Assembly: GCA_963776275.1 (NCBI GenBank)
Contig: CAVZMI010000032.1
Location: forward strand, 1-64,000
DNA from: Ignavibacteriota bacterium
GTDB lineage: Bacteria > Bacteroidota > Ignavibacteria > UBA10030 > CAVZMI01
DNA length: 64,000 nt
Reading direction: 5' to 3'
The notes beneath the pieces were generated by a model that saw nothing but the letters and a program-made list of their open reading frames with translations, ran no database searches and had not been told where the DNA came from. This document shows positions 17,623 through 28,091 of this stretch, in pieces. Positions within the stretch are counted from its first letter, which is position 1, and every line of letters begins with the position of its first letter. A program made the translations under genes and the position numbers.

Positions 17623-18360
17623 ATGGAATTGGAAAACAAGCTCCGATTGTTGTACGCACTGCAGACCGTTGATAACAAGCTTGATGATATTGAGGAATTG
17701 AAAGGCGATCTTCCTGCAGCAGTGCGGGAATTGGAAGAAGTCATCACAAAAACAAAAAATACAATATCGACAAATGATGAAGCCGTCACTCAGGCGTATC
17801 AGGACCGAAGTAAATGTGAACTCGATATCACTGCGCTGACGGAAAAAATCGAACGATACAAGAATCAGCAATTCCAGGTCCGGAATAACAAGCAATACGA
17901 TCTGCTGACGAAAGAAATTGATGCTGCAGAGAAGAAAATATCTACACTGGAAGCACATATCGATGAACTTATAGTCACGACTAAAAAAATAAAAATTTCT
18001 TCGGAAGAACTTCAGGCTCAAGTCGAAAAATTAAGCGAGACCCTTGCCGAACGAAAAGCAGAACTTGCAGAAGTTTCAAAAGAAACCGAAAAAGAAGAGG
18101 CAGCTTTGCAACATGAGCGGGATAAAATCGTGCATAAGATTGTGAAATCCGACCTGGCAACGTACACTAGAATTCGTGTGGCAAAGCAGGGCCGGGCGGT
18201 CGTTCCTGTAAGACGCGGTGCTTGCGCGGGATGCTATAATGCGGTGCCGCCTCAGCGTGTCCTCGAGCTCCGGAAAAATAATCGTATTTATACGTGCGAA
18301 GGGTGTGGAAGAATTCTTGTCTCTGATGAAATTGTTGAATCCAGCAGCTCCATGCCATGA
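17623..18360 (+). CDS. Coiled-coil + C4 zinc-ribbon protein (CT398/DUF164-like)
   Basis: Long coiled coil then CAGC...CEGCGRIL; usual neighbour of nif3. Confidence 0.92.
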   Translation: MELENKLRLLYALQTVDNKLDDIEELKGDLPAAVRELEEVITKTKNTISTNDEAVTQAYQDRSKCELDITALTEKIERYKNQQFQVRNNKQYDLLTKEIDAAEKKISTLEAHIDELIVTTKKIKISSEELQAQVEKLSETLAERKAELAEVSKETEKEEAALQHERDKIVHKIVKSDLATYTRIRVAKQGRAVVPVRRGACAGCYNAVPPQRVLELRKNNRIYTCEGCGRILVSDEIVESSSSMP

Positions 18361-18773
18361 AACTCACTGCTTTTATCGACGGAGCTGCGCGCGGAAATCC
18401 GGGAAAGAGTGGAATCGGAATTGCAATTTTTGACGGCCAGGGTCGATGCCAGGCAGAGCACTTCGCATTTCTCGGAATCACGACGAATAATGTTGCCGAG
18501 TATTCTGCTCTGATCGCCTGTCTGCGTTTGGTGATGTCACGATTCGCACATTGCTCAGAGTTGTTGATCAATTCGGACAGCGAGTTGCTTGTACGGCAGA
18601 TGAATGGAGTATACCGGGTACGGAATAAAAAATTACAGCGATTTCACAGGGAGGTACGCCAATTGCTCGACAGTGCCCCCTTTCGATTTTCAATATCACA
18701 TATCCCCCGCGAACTGAATGCGAAAGCTGATTCACTCGCGAACCGGGGGATTGATGAACATCAAGTGTATTAA
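18357..18773 (+). CDS. rnhA: Ribonuclease HI
   Basis: 'DGAARGNPG', 'TNNVAEY', 'DSELLVRQM', 'NAKADSLAN'. Confidence 0.92.
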   Translation: MKLTAFIDGAARGNPGKSGIGIAIFDGQGRCQAEHFAFLGITTNNVAEYSALIACLRLVMSRFAHCSELLINSDSELLVRQMNGVYRVRNKKLQRFHREVRQLLDSAPFRFSISHIPRELNAKADSLANRGIDEHQVY

Positions 18774-18804
18774 CTAACAAAATAATACTTCTCATAACCG
18801 CTAG

Positions 18805-19298
18805 GAGTACGGAAAGCGCAGATTAGGCAATCGCGTCCTATCCCGACTTCGTTGGGATAGGGTGAGGAAAGTCCGAACTCCGTAGAGCAGGATGCCACCT
18901 AACAGGTGGGCTGTTTCCCGTTGCCTGACGGCCGCGGAAGGCAGACGGATAGCGTCACAGAAAACATACCGCTTCATCCTATCCGAAAGGAAAGGATGAG
19001 GTAAGGGTGAAAAGGCGAGGTAAGAGCTCACCGTCCCGCTGGTAACAGCGGGTGCACGACAAGCCCCATCCGGAGCAAGACCGAATAAGGAAACATGACG
19101 ACTACACCTACCGGCGTAGTCGAAACGATGCTGCTCGTATCGTAAGATTTCCGGGTAGGTCGCATTCCGTCCCGCCATAATGACGGGCGAAAGAGCTGCG
19201 CTGTGAAGCGTGGTCAAGATAAATGATTGCCTCCCCCCTCACGTTTGTGAACGGGGAAGACAGAATTCGGCTTATCGACCTGTGCCTTTCCGTATTTC
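18805..19298 (+). ncRNA. rnpB: RNase P RNA (type A)
   Basis: GAGGAAAGTCC 18864-18874, CACAGAAAA, GGGTGAAAAGGCGAGGTAAGAGC, GAGCAAG, ACAGAATTCGGCTTAT 19260-19275; P1 GAGTACGGAAAG / CTTTCCGTATTT. Confidence 0.95.
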
Positions 19299-19393
19299 TT
19301 TTGAGCCAGAGGCGCACCTAAGGCAAGCCTTGGGTGTCCATAGGCTCATTAGACTTTGTCTAAATGCGGTAAGCCGTTCCTGCAGGAGTCTTC

Positions 19394-21122
19394 ATGGAGC
19401 ATCGTTGGAATTGTGCACCTCCATCAGATCCGGGTACATTAAAAAAGCTTGTTGACGAACTCTCTATTCCCGAGGTGCTTGCACAGGCCCTTGTGAACCG
19501 GGGAATCGATACTTTCGAAAAAGCTCATATGTTTTTCCGTCCGAGCCCGGATCTCCTTCATAATCCATTCCTCATGGATGGAATGGAAAAGGCTGTCGGA
19601 CGTGTGCTGAAAGCAATCGAAACGCACGAGCGAATTCTCATCTATGGCGATTATGATGTCGACGGGACAAACAGCGCCTCGATGATGTATCTCTTTCTCA
19701 AAGAAATAGGGGCGAATGTCGAAGTTTATATTCCGGGACGCGTAACGGATGGTTACGGAATTTCAAACGGCGGTATCGACCGTGCGAAGGGAAATCAGAT
19801 CACACTCCTGATCTCCGTCGATTGCGGAATCACGGCCGTGGAACAAGCCGTGTACGCCCGTGAACTGGGAATCGAAGTCATCATTTGCGATCATCACGAA
19901 CCGGGGCCGACACTTCCGGATGTTTATGCGGTTCTTGACCCGATTAAACCGGGCTGTAGCTATCCGTTTAAATCGTTATGCGGCTGCGGCGTCGGATTCA
20001 AGCTGATTCAGGGAATCGCCGGCAGATTGGGAAAAGATGAACTCCCTGATAAATATCTCGATTTTGTTGCACTGGCAAGTACAGCCGATATAGTTCCTCT
20101 CATCGGTGAAAATCGCACTCTGGTGAAACTGGGCATGGATATTATTAACACCCATCCCCGACCGGGTATCCGTGCACTGATCGAGACATCCGGACTTCGA
20201 TTCGGCTCGATTTCAACCGGTCAGATCGTCTTTGTTCTGGCACCGCGAATCAATGCCGTCGGGCGCCTTGGAAGCGCTGAACGTGCCGTCGAACTGTTGA
20301 CCTGCGATGATTATCCCGCAGCGCTTGAATTCGCGCAGGTCATGGAAGAAGAGAACCGGAATCGCCGCAAAATCGACGAGGAGACATTCATAAAAGCACA
20401 GGAAATCGTTGAACATTATTTCGATGTCGAAAATGATTCTGTCATCGTCCTACATCAGGATAAATGGCATCCCGGAGTGATTGGAATCGTCGCCTCTCGT
20501 CTGGTTGAAAAATATTATCGCCCAACTGTAATGATGACAACAATCGACGGAGTCGCAAAAGGATCGGCGCGGAGTGTTGCCGGATTCGATATTTACCAGG
20601 CATTGAAGCGTGTCGAAGATAAGCTTTTACAATTCGGCGGACATAAATATGCGGCGGGACTTTCGATCGATATCGATCGGGTCGATGAATTCCGTGCTGC
20701 ATTTAATGCAGTTGTGAAAGAACTTCTGCCCGAAAATTTAAGAGTTCCGGAGATCAAGATTGACAGCGAAATTTCTCTTTCTGACATTACTTCGAAGCTC
20801 GTCCGGATTTTGAAGCAATTTATTCCGTTCGGAACCGGGAAATATGCGCCCGGTTTTTCTCGCCAGGAACGTCGAAGTAGTCGGTTCACCACGAATCGTC
20901 GGAAAAGACCACCTGCGTTTTAAGGTACGAAACGGTCAGCTCGTATTCGATGCTATCGGTTTTGGACTTGGCCGCCTTATCTCCCGTATTGAAACGGGGC
21001 GGAAAAATCTCGATATCGTTTTTTCGATCGATGAGAATGAATGGACTGGTAACGGAGATGGCAATAGTAACGGCAGACCACATGATCAATACCCCCAACT
21101 TAAAATCAAAGATTTAAAATAA
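19394..21122 (+). CDS. recJ: Single-stranded-DNA-specific exonuclease RecJ (frameshift near 20835)
   Basis: 'YGDYDVDG', 'VDCGI', 'DHHE', 'APRINAVGRL', 'FGGHKYAAG'; C-terminus in ORF 20844-21122. Confidence 0.93.
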
Positions 21123-21139
21123 AAGGAGAACATCCACGC

Positions 21140-21889
21140 ATGTCTGGTCATTCCAAATGGGCTACGATTAAAAGGAAAAAAGCTGTTATCGATGCAGCCC
21201 GGGGACGGGCATTTACCCAACTGATCAAAGAGATCACTGTCGCGGCGAGGATAGGCGGCGGCGATCTCAATGGCAATCCCCGCTTACGGCTTGCCATCGA
21301 TAAGGCGAAGGCGAGCAACATGCCGGCCGATAACATTAAACGTGCAATAATGAAAGGGACAGGGGAACTTCCCGGAGTCACGTATGAAGATGTGACCTAT
21401 GAAGGCTACGGTCCCGGTGGTGCAGCTCTCCTTCTCGAATCCGTCACGGATAATAAAAACCGGACGGTATCAGAGTTGAGGCATATTCTCGAACGTCACA
21501 ACGGTAAGCTTGCATCGACGGGCGCAGTGGCATTCCAGTTTTCGAAAAAAGGAACTATCATCATCCAGAAAGCAGGATTGAATGAGGAAGATGTGATGAA
21601 TATCGTCCTGGATAACGGAGCTGATGATATGCAGACGACCGACGATGCATATGAAATCATTACGACACCGCATGCATTTGATAACGTCAAAAAAGCTCTG
21701 GAAGGAAAAGGTATTAAAATCGAGCACGCCGATATTCAAATGGTTCCACAAAACCATGTTAAAGTTGAGGGAAAAGAGGCCGAACAATTGCTTAAGCTTG
21801 TGGAGGCGCTCGAAGAGCACGATGATATACAACATATTTATGCAAACTTCGATATCGACGACAACATTCTTGCCGTATTCAATTCATGA
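21140..21889 (+). CDS. yebC: YebC/PmpR family protein
   Basis: 'MSGHSKWATIKRKK', 'YEGYGPGG', 'TDNKNRT'. Confidence 0.95.
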   Translation: MSGHSKWATIKRKKAVIDAARGRAFTQLIKEITVAARIGGGDLNGNPRLRLAIDKAKASNMPADNIKRAIMKGTGELPGVTYEDVTYEGYGPGGAALLLESVTDNKNRTVSELRHILERHNGKLASTGAVAFQFSKKGTIIIQKAGLNEEDVMNIVLDNGADDMQTTDDAYEIITTPHAFDNVKKALEGKGIKIEHADIQMVPQNHVKVEGKEAEQLLKLVEALEEHDDIQHIYANFDIDDNILAVFNS

Positions 21890-22452
21890 TTATTCTTGGC
21901 GTTGATCCCGGGACACTCGTCACGGGATATGGTGTTATTGAGGGAACAGGCCGCTCGATCAGGGTGCGGACATACAACGTCGTCCGAAACCGCGGTACGA
22001 GTCCGCTTCCGGAACGACTGAAGATGATCTATCAAACGCTCGAAGATGTCATTAATCGATATCATCCGGATGAGTTTGCCATCGAGACTGCATTTTACGG
22101 AAAGAATGCACAATCAGCCTTGAAGATCGGACATGCCCGGGGAATTTCGATTCTTTCTGCTGTTCTCCAGGATATCCCGACAACTGAATATTCTCCACGC
22201 GAGGTGAAAAAAGCTGTGGTTGGAAACGGCACTGCTTCAAAAGAACAGGTTCAATTTATGGTTAAAACACTCCTCCGGATGAAGGAGACGCCGAAATTTT
22301 TCGATGCCACCGATGCTCTCGCCGTGGCAATCTGTCATTATCACCGAATAACGGCTCCACGGGCAAAATTTTCAGATTGGAAAACGTATGTTGAATCGCA
22401 CCCGGAGCGGGTTGTTACTCACTCTATTCCACGAACACGACGCTCATTATGA
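21886..22452 (+). CDS. ruvC: Holliday junction resolvase
   Basis: 'ILGVDPG', 'AIETAF', 'DATDALAVAICH'. Confidence 0.95.
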   Translation: MIILGVDPGTLVTGYGVIEGTGRSIRVRTYNVVRNRGTSPLPERLKMIYQTLEDVINRYHPDEFAIETAFYGKNAQSALKIGHARGISILSAVLQDIPTTEYSPREVKKAVVGNGTASKEQVQFMVKTLLRMKETPKFFDATDALAVAICHYHRITAPRAKFSDWKTYVESHPERVVTHSIPRTRRSL

Positions 22453-23051
22453 TTGCATCACTTCACGGTATACTCACAAAGAAAACACCCACAGAACTTC
22501 AGATCGATGTTCATGGTGTTGGATATTCGGTTTCAATTCCGGTCTCAACATATCAACGTCTGACGGAAGTCGGAACGGAAGTCACCATCCTGACCCATCT
22601 TCACGTTCGTGAAGATGCACAACAGCTCTTCGGCTTTGCGAGCGAAGCTGAAAGGTCGATGTTCAGGCTTCTCATCTCTGTCTCCGGTATCGGACCGAAA
22701 ATCGCTCTTGGAATTCTCTCCGGTGTCGGCGTTAACGAGCTCAAGGATCACCTCCTCCATGCCGACACGACCGCACTGACGACAATTCCCGGAGTCGGTA
22801 AAAAAACGGCAGAACGTCTCATCGTCGAACTACGGGATAAACTCGGTAAAGACGAGATATCGGCATTTCCTCTTCCGCCAATCGGCGACGATGCTTCGCA
22901 CGTTCGATCAGAGACTCTGCTGGCACTCGTTGCTCTCGGCGTTTCGCGCCCGGTTGCAGAAAAAGCGATTCGCCTTGCCCTGCAGGGAGCCGACACGAAT
23001 GCGCTTACGGTGGAAGAGCTGATAAAAAGAGCATTGCGCCATACGGCATAA
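22449..23051 (+). CDS. ruvA: Holliday junction branch migration protein RuvA
   Basis: 'HGVGY', 'VREDAQQLFGF', 'VSGIGPK', 'PGVGKKTAERL'. Confidence 0.95.
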   Translation: MIASLHGILTKKTPTELQIDVHGVGYSVSIPVSTYQRLTEVGTEVTILTHLHVREDAQQLFGFASEAERSMFRLLISVSGIGPKIALGILSGVGVNELKDHLLHADTTALTTIPGVGKKTAERLIVELRDKLGKDEISAFPLPPIGDDASHVRSETLLALVALGVSRPVAEKAIRLALQGADTNALTVEELIKRALRHTA

Positions 23052-23239
23052 AGAGCAAAAGGTTTCCTTTACAAAAAGCAATTTCAGCGGAAGGAAACCA
23101 TTGTCATTCCCCGAAAATAATTTTCTTCTAGTTCTTAGTAAAACAGCGCTAGAGTACCGTGCGCTTGTAAAAACTCCTATTCGATAGACAAAGGTCTACC
23201 TTTTGCTCTTGATTCTTCTTCTTCGTACATTCATTCATC

Positions 23240-24295
23240 ATGCGATCACGATCGACAACCACACCGGAGCGGCTTGAGAACGAACGGGAGTACGATCAGA
23301 CCCTCCGTCCTCTTCAATTCGCCTCGTTCGTGGGTCAGCTAAAAATAGTCGAGAACCTCACCGTATTCATCAAAGCTGCACGTCAGAGGCATGAACCACT
23401 CGATCATGTGCTGTTTACGGGTCCACCAGGCCTCGGGAAAACGACGCTTGCATATATCATCGCCAATGAATTAGGATCGAACATCAAAGCTACTTCAGGC
23501 CCCGTTCTAGATCGTCCGAGCGATCTCGCGGGAGTACTGACAAATCTCGAAGAAGGCGACGTCCTCTTTATCGATGAAATCCATCGGCTCAATCCGATTG
23601 TCGAAGAATATCTTTATTCCGCGATGGAAGATTATCGGCTCGACATCATGATTGATTCCGGGCCGAGTGCACGGAGTATTCAGATATCGCTTCCGCGATT
23701 CACACTTGTCGGAGCAACAACACGAACCGGATTATTGACATCCCCACTCCGGTCACGATTCGGAATTACAAACAGACTTGATTACTATTCAGCCGATGAT
23801 CTTACAGCGATCGTCGAACGATCCGCAACAATCCTTGGTATTAAGATCGAGGACAACGGTGCCAGCGAGATCGCACGACGTTCGCGTGGCACTCCGCGCA
23901 TATCAAACCGCCTCCTGCGGCGCTGCCGCGATTTTGCCGAAGCGGATCCTTCATTAGTACATTACAACGGAATTGTCACAAAAGAGGTCGCCAATGTAGC
24001 CCTCAGCGCCCTTGAGGTCGATGAAAAAGGGCTCGACGATATGGATAAACGCATATTGCTTGCGATTATCGATAAACACAACGGCGGTCCTGTCGGACTT
24101 ACGACCATTGCTGTGGCGGTCGGCGAAGAAGCCGGTACTATCGAAGAAGTGTACGAGCCATACCTTATTCAAGAAGGATTTCTGAAACGAACACTTCGCG
24201 GACGCGAGGTAACACCGTACTGTTATACATATTTCAAGAAACGAAGTCCAACTTCACCTCAACAGAGCCTGGGTTTCGATACCAATCAATCGTAA
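23240..24295 (+). CDS. ruvB: Holliday junction helicase RuvB
   Basis: '[11 protein letters not shown]', 'LFIDEIHRL', 'RGTPR', 'EPYLIQEG'. Confidence 0.96.
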   Translation: MRSRSTTTPERLENEREYDQTLRPLQFASFVGQLKIVENLTVFIKAARQRHEPLDHVLFTGPPGLGKTTLAYIIANELGSNIKATSGPVLDRPSDLAGVLTNLEEGDVLFIDEIHRLNPIVEEYLYSAMEDYRLDIMIDSGPSARSIQISLPRFTLVGATTRTGLLTSPLRSRFGITNRLDYYSADDLTAIVERSATILGIKIEDNGASEIARRSRGTPRISNRLLRRCRDFAEADPSLVHYNGIVTKEVANVALSALEVDEKGLDDMDKRILLAIIDKHNGGPVGLTTIAVAVGEEAGTIEEVYEPYLIQEGFLKRTLRGREVTPYCYTYFKKRSPTSPQQSLGFDTNQS

Positions 24296-24302
24296 CATAA
24301 CA

Positions 24303-24611
24303 ATGGAGAGAACTATGGAGTTACGCAAGTTCTTTTTCCACGACTTCCCCGAATATTTTCACAAACATAATCTTCTCCCCATTATCGTAGCCGTTCTTAT
24401 TGGAGAGTTGTTATTGTATGTTTTGAATGCGTTCCAGTGGCTTCTCGTCCGTGCCATAATGAACGCCATTGATTTTTATCCGACAGGTGTAGATGAAACT
24501 ACAATCTATCATACCTCGGGTACATTTCTTCATGCCGTGCTCATCGCAGCCGCGATTTACATTCTTGTGAAAAGTTCATTCGATTCCACTGATAAGCACG
24601 ATGCGCAATAA
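24303..24611 (+). CDS. Small hypothetical membrane protein
   Basis: 102 aa, two hydrophobic segments, tightly packed in the operon. Confidence 0.6.
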   Translation: MERTMELRKFFFHDFPEYFHKHNLLPIIVAVLIGELLLYVLNAFQWLLVRAIMNAIDFYPTGVDETTIYHTSGTFLHAVLIAAAIYILVKSSFDSTDKHDAQ

Positions 24612-25206
24612 ATCGTTTCATCCGTCAAAACCTCTTCCCAGGTCGTACTATCAACAGTCAACACTCGATGTTGCGCGCGGATTAATCGGAAAGATTCTTG
24701 TACGCCGGTATCACGGTTCCCTTCTGGCAGGTATGATCGTCGAGGTGGAGGCGTACCATGGATTCGACGACAAAGCTTCACATGCCTACCAACGACGGAG
24801 CGGCCGGAGCGAAATCATGTACAATCGCGGGGGAATTGCTTATGTCTATTTTACTTACGGAATGTATCATTGTTTGAACGTCGTCACAGAAAAAGAAGGA
24901 TACCCTGCCGCGGTCGTCATTCGTGCTCTTGAGCCGATTGCCGGAATTACCACCATGTATAAGCTTCGGGGAAACCCACACACCCAACAATTGACAAACG
25001 GCCCGGGAAAATTATGTATGGCTCTCCATATCACAAAGAATGAAAATGGCATCGATCTTCGGAGTAAAGAACTCTTTATCACGAGAGGCCGGAATATTCC
25101 ATCACATTTAATCGGGACGAGCCGCAGAATTGGAATATCACGGAGTGTTGAAAATGAATGGAGGTATTTCTTGAAGGGGAATCCTTTCGTCTCACGTCAT
25201 CGATAG
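24601..25206 (+). CDS. DNA-3-methyladenine glycosylase (MPG/AAG family)
   Basis: 'IVEVEAY', '[16 protein letters not shown]', 'NGPGKLC', 'RIGI'. Confidence 0.93.
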   Translation: MRNKSFHPSKPLPRSYYQQSTLDVARGLIGKILVRRYHGSLLAGMIVEVEAYHGFDDKASHAYQRRSGRSEIMYNRGGIAYVYFTYGMYHCLNVVTEKEGYPAAVVIRALEPIAGITTMYKLRGNPHTQQLTNGPGKLCMALHITKNENGIDLRSKELFITRGRNIPSHLIGTSRRIGISRSVENEWRYFLKGNPFVSRHR

Positions 25207-28052
25207 CTCTTTCCTTAAAAATTGACCCGTGTACGAGTCTGGAACCCTGGCAATATCTTCTGGAGTACCTTCTGCAACAATTTTCCCGCCTGCATCTCCT
25301 CCTTCAGGTCCCTAGGTCAATAATCCAATCGGCTGTTTTAATGACATCCATATTATGCTCGATCACTACTACAGTATTTCCTTTCTCGACAAGTTTATTG
25401 AGAACTGCGAGCAGCATGCGGATGTCTTCGAAATGCAATCCTGTTGTCGGCTCATCGAGGATATACATTGTTTTTCCGGTTCCGATTTTCGAAAGTTCAG
25501 TGGCAAGTTTTACACGCTGAGCCTCACCACCACTGAGCGTTGTCGCCTGCTGTCCAAGCCGGATATATCCGAGTCCGACTGCATGGAGTGTTTCGAGTTT
25601 TCGCTGAATGCGGGGAATCTCGGAAAAAAAGCTTACTCCTTCCTCGACGGTCATTTCCAGAACGTCCGAGATGGATTTCCCTTTGTATCGGACCTTCAAG
25701 CGTCTCCCTGTTGTAACGCTTTCCCTTGCAGACATCGCATATGACATACACATCAGGTAGAAAATTCATTTCGATTTTCCGGAGACCATCCCCCTCACAT
25801 TCATCGCATCGTCCGCCTTTTACATTAAAACTATAGCGTCCCGCTTTATATCCGCGAATTTTTGATTCGGGTAGCTGTGTGAAGAGATCGCGTATCACCG
25901 TGAAGAGTCCGGTATATGTAGCCGGATTTGAACGCGGTGTCCGGCCTATGGGAGATTGATCGATATTGATTACTTTATCGATATTCTCCAATCCTTCGAT
26001 ACGCTCATATTGAAGCGGTACATCCTTCGACTTGTACAATGTACGTGAAAGAATTCGGTAGAGCGTTTCGTCAATTAATGTCGATTTCCCCGAACCGCTT
26101 ACGCCGGTAATGCACACAAAAAGTCCCAGGGGGATATGGACATTGATCCTCTGCAAATTATTCCCGGATGCTCCGAATAACGAGATCTTCATGGACAGTT
26201 CTTTTTTCCATTGCTGAGCGGCCGGTTTCCGGTGCACGGGTACATCAATCTTTCGTTTTCCGTGGATGTATTGTGCCGTCAACGATTGGCCATCGATCGA
26301 CATGGGTGAACCACTCGCAACAAGATATCCACCATGTTCTCCTGCTCCCGGGCCAAGATCAACTATGAAATCTGCCCGCATGATAGTCTCTTTATCATGT
26401 TCTACGACAATGACTGTATTTCCGAGATCTCTTAGATTTTTAAGGCTCCGGATAAGTTTCACGTTATCGCGCTGATGAAGTCCGATACTCGGTTCATCAA
26501 GTATGTAGAGAACGCCGACGAGCTGTGTCCCTATTTGTGTGGCGAGGCGTATCCGCTGAGATTCACCTCCGCTGAGAGATCGTGCAGTCCTGCCGAGCGT
26601 CAGATAATCCAATCCGACGTTTAGAAGGAAATCGAGGCGTTGTGTAATCTCATGCAGAATCTGCCGGGCAATTTCCATCTCCCGGCGAGTCAAGGTAAGT
26701 TCCCTGAAAAGTTTACGTACATCGACGATAGACCGACTCACAATATCATGGATATTCCATCGTTCTCCTTTTTTTGCATCGACAAGCCGGATAGAAAGCC
26801 GATCTTTTTTTAACCTTCCTCCCTTGCATACCTCGCATGTCGTTGTGGTCATATAAGCTTCAATCCACTCACGAATGTGAGCCGATGAAGTTTCGGCATA
26901 CGAACGGCGTAGCATATCAAGAATGCCCGTAAATCTATGGCGATACGTTACAGATCGTCCGCTGGAATAATTATACTCGATCTCGAATCGCTCATCTCCC
27001 CCTCCATAGAGCAATACCTGGCGCGCTTTCTTTGAAAGTTTTTTTATTGGTGTATCGAAATCAAAGCCATAATTTTTTCCGACGGCACGGATCTGATTGA
27101 ACATCCATGTCTGCCTAGGTTTGCCAAGTGGGGCAATCCCCTCCTGATTAATCGTCAAATCCTCGTTCGGAAGGATTAAATGTAGATCCAGCTCCCGTTT
27201 TTCACCCAGTCCCTCACACGATTCGCACGATCCATACGGAGAATTGAATGAAAACGAATTCGGTGCCGGGTCGTCATAGCTACGACCGCACTCAGGGCAT
27301 GAAAAATGTTTACTAAAAAGGAGATCTTGTCTCCCGTCATTGACGATCACTACACCGCTGCCGAAATCTAACGCAGTCTCTATGGAATCGTTGATGCGTG
27401 ATTTCACGTTCTTACTGACCACAATTCTATCAACAACGATCTCGATATTATGGATTTTATATCGATCGACCTTCATGCCAGAATGAATTTCCTTCACTTC
27501 TCCATCGATTCGCACACGCAGGAATCCGTCTTTTACAATCTGTTCAAAGAGCTCGCGATAATGCCCTTTTCTTCCCCTTACAACCGGTGCAAGGACCTGA
27601 ATCTTGGTTCCTTCTGAGAGTGCGAGGACCGACTCTATGATCTGATCAGTTGATTGTTTCTGGACTTTCCGGTCACACTCAGTACAAAATTGAGTTCCAA
27701 CGCGTGCAAACAGCAGGCGGAGGTAGTCATAAATTTCAGTGACTGTACCGACCGTCGAGCGCGGGTTATGGCTGCTTGATTTTTGTTCGATGGAGATGGC
27801 CGGACTCAATCCTTCGATGTAATCAACATCGGGGCGTTCCATGAGTCCGAGAAACTGGCGTGCATATGCCGAGAGGCTTTCAACGTACCGACGCTGTCCT
27901 TCGGCGTAGATTGTATCGAAGGCAAGACTGGATTTTCCCGATCCCGACAAACCTGTAATAACAACGAATGCATCCCGCGGAATTTCAACATCAATATTCT
28001 TGAGGTTATGCTCCCGCGCACCCTTAACAACAATGCTTTTATATTCATTCAT
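25192..28052 (-). CDS. uvrA: Excinuclease ABC subunit A (frameshifts near 25690 and 25310)
   Basis: '[10 protein letters not shown]', 'GLSGSGKSS', '[12 protein letters not shown]', '[12 protein letters not shown]'; C-terminus GPEGGDAGG...SYTGQFL in a third frame. Confidence 0.95.
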
Positions 28053-28091
28053 ACGTTGAAACGATACCTTTCAGGTAATTACCCAGGATTC

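Noticed and set aside
18801-19455. ORFs 18801-19217(-), 19108-19317(-), 19210-19455(+)
   Set aside because: They overlap the RNase P RNA gene; spurious.
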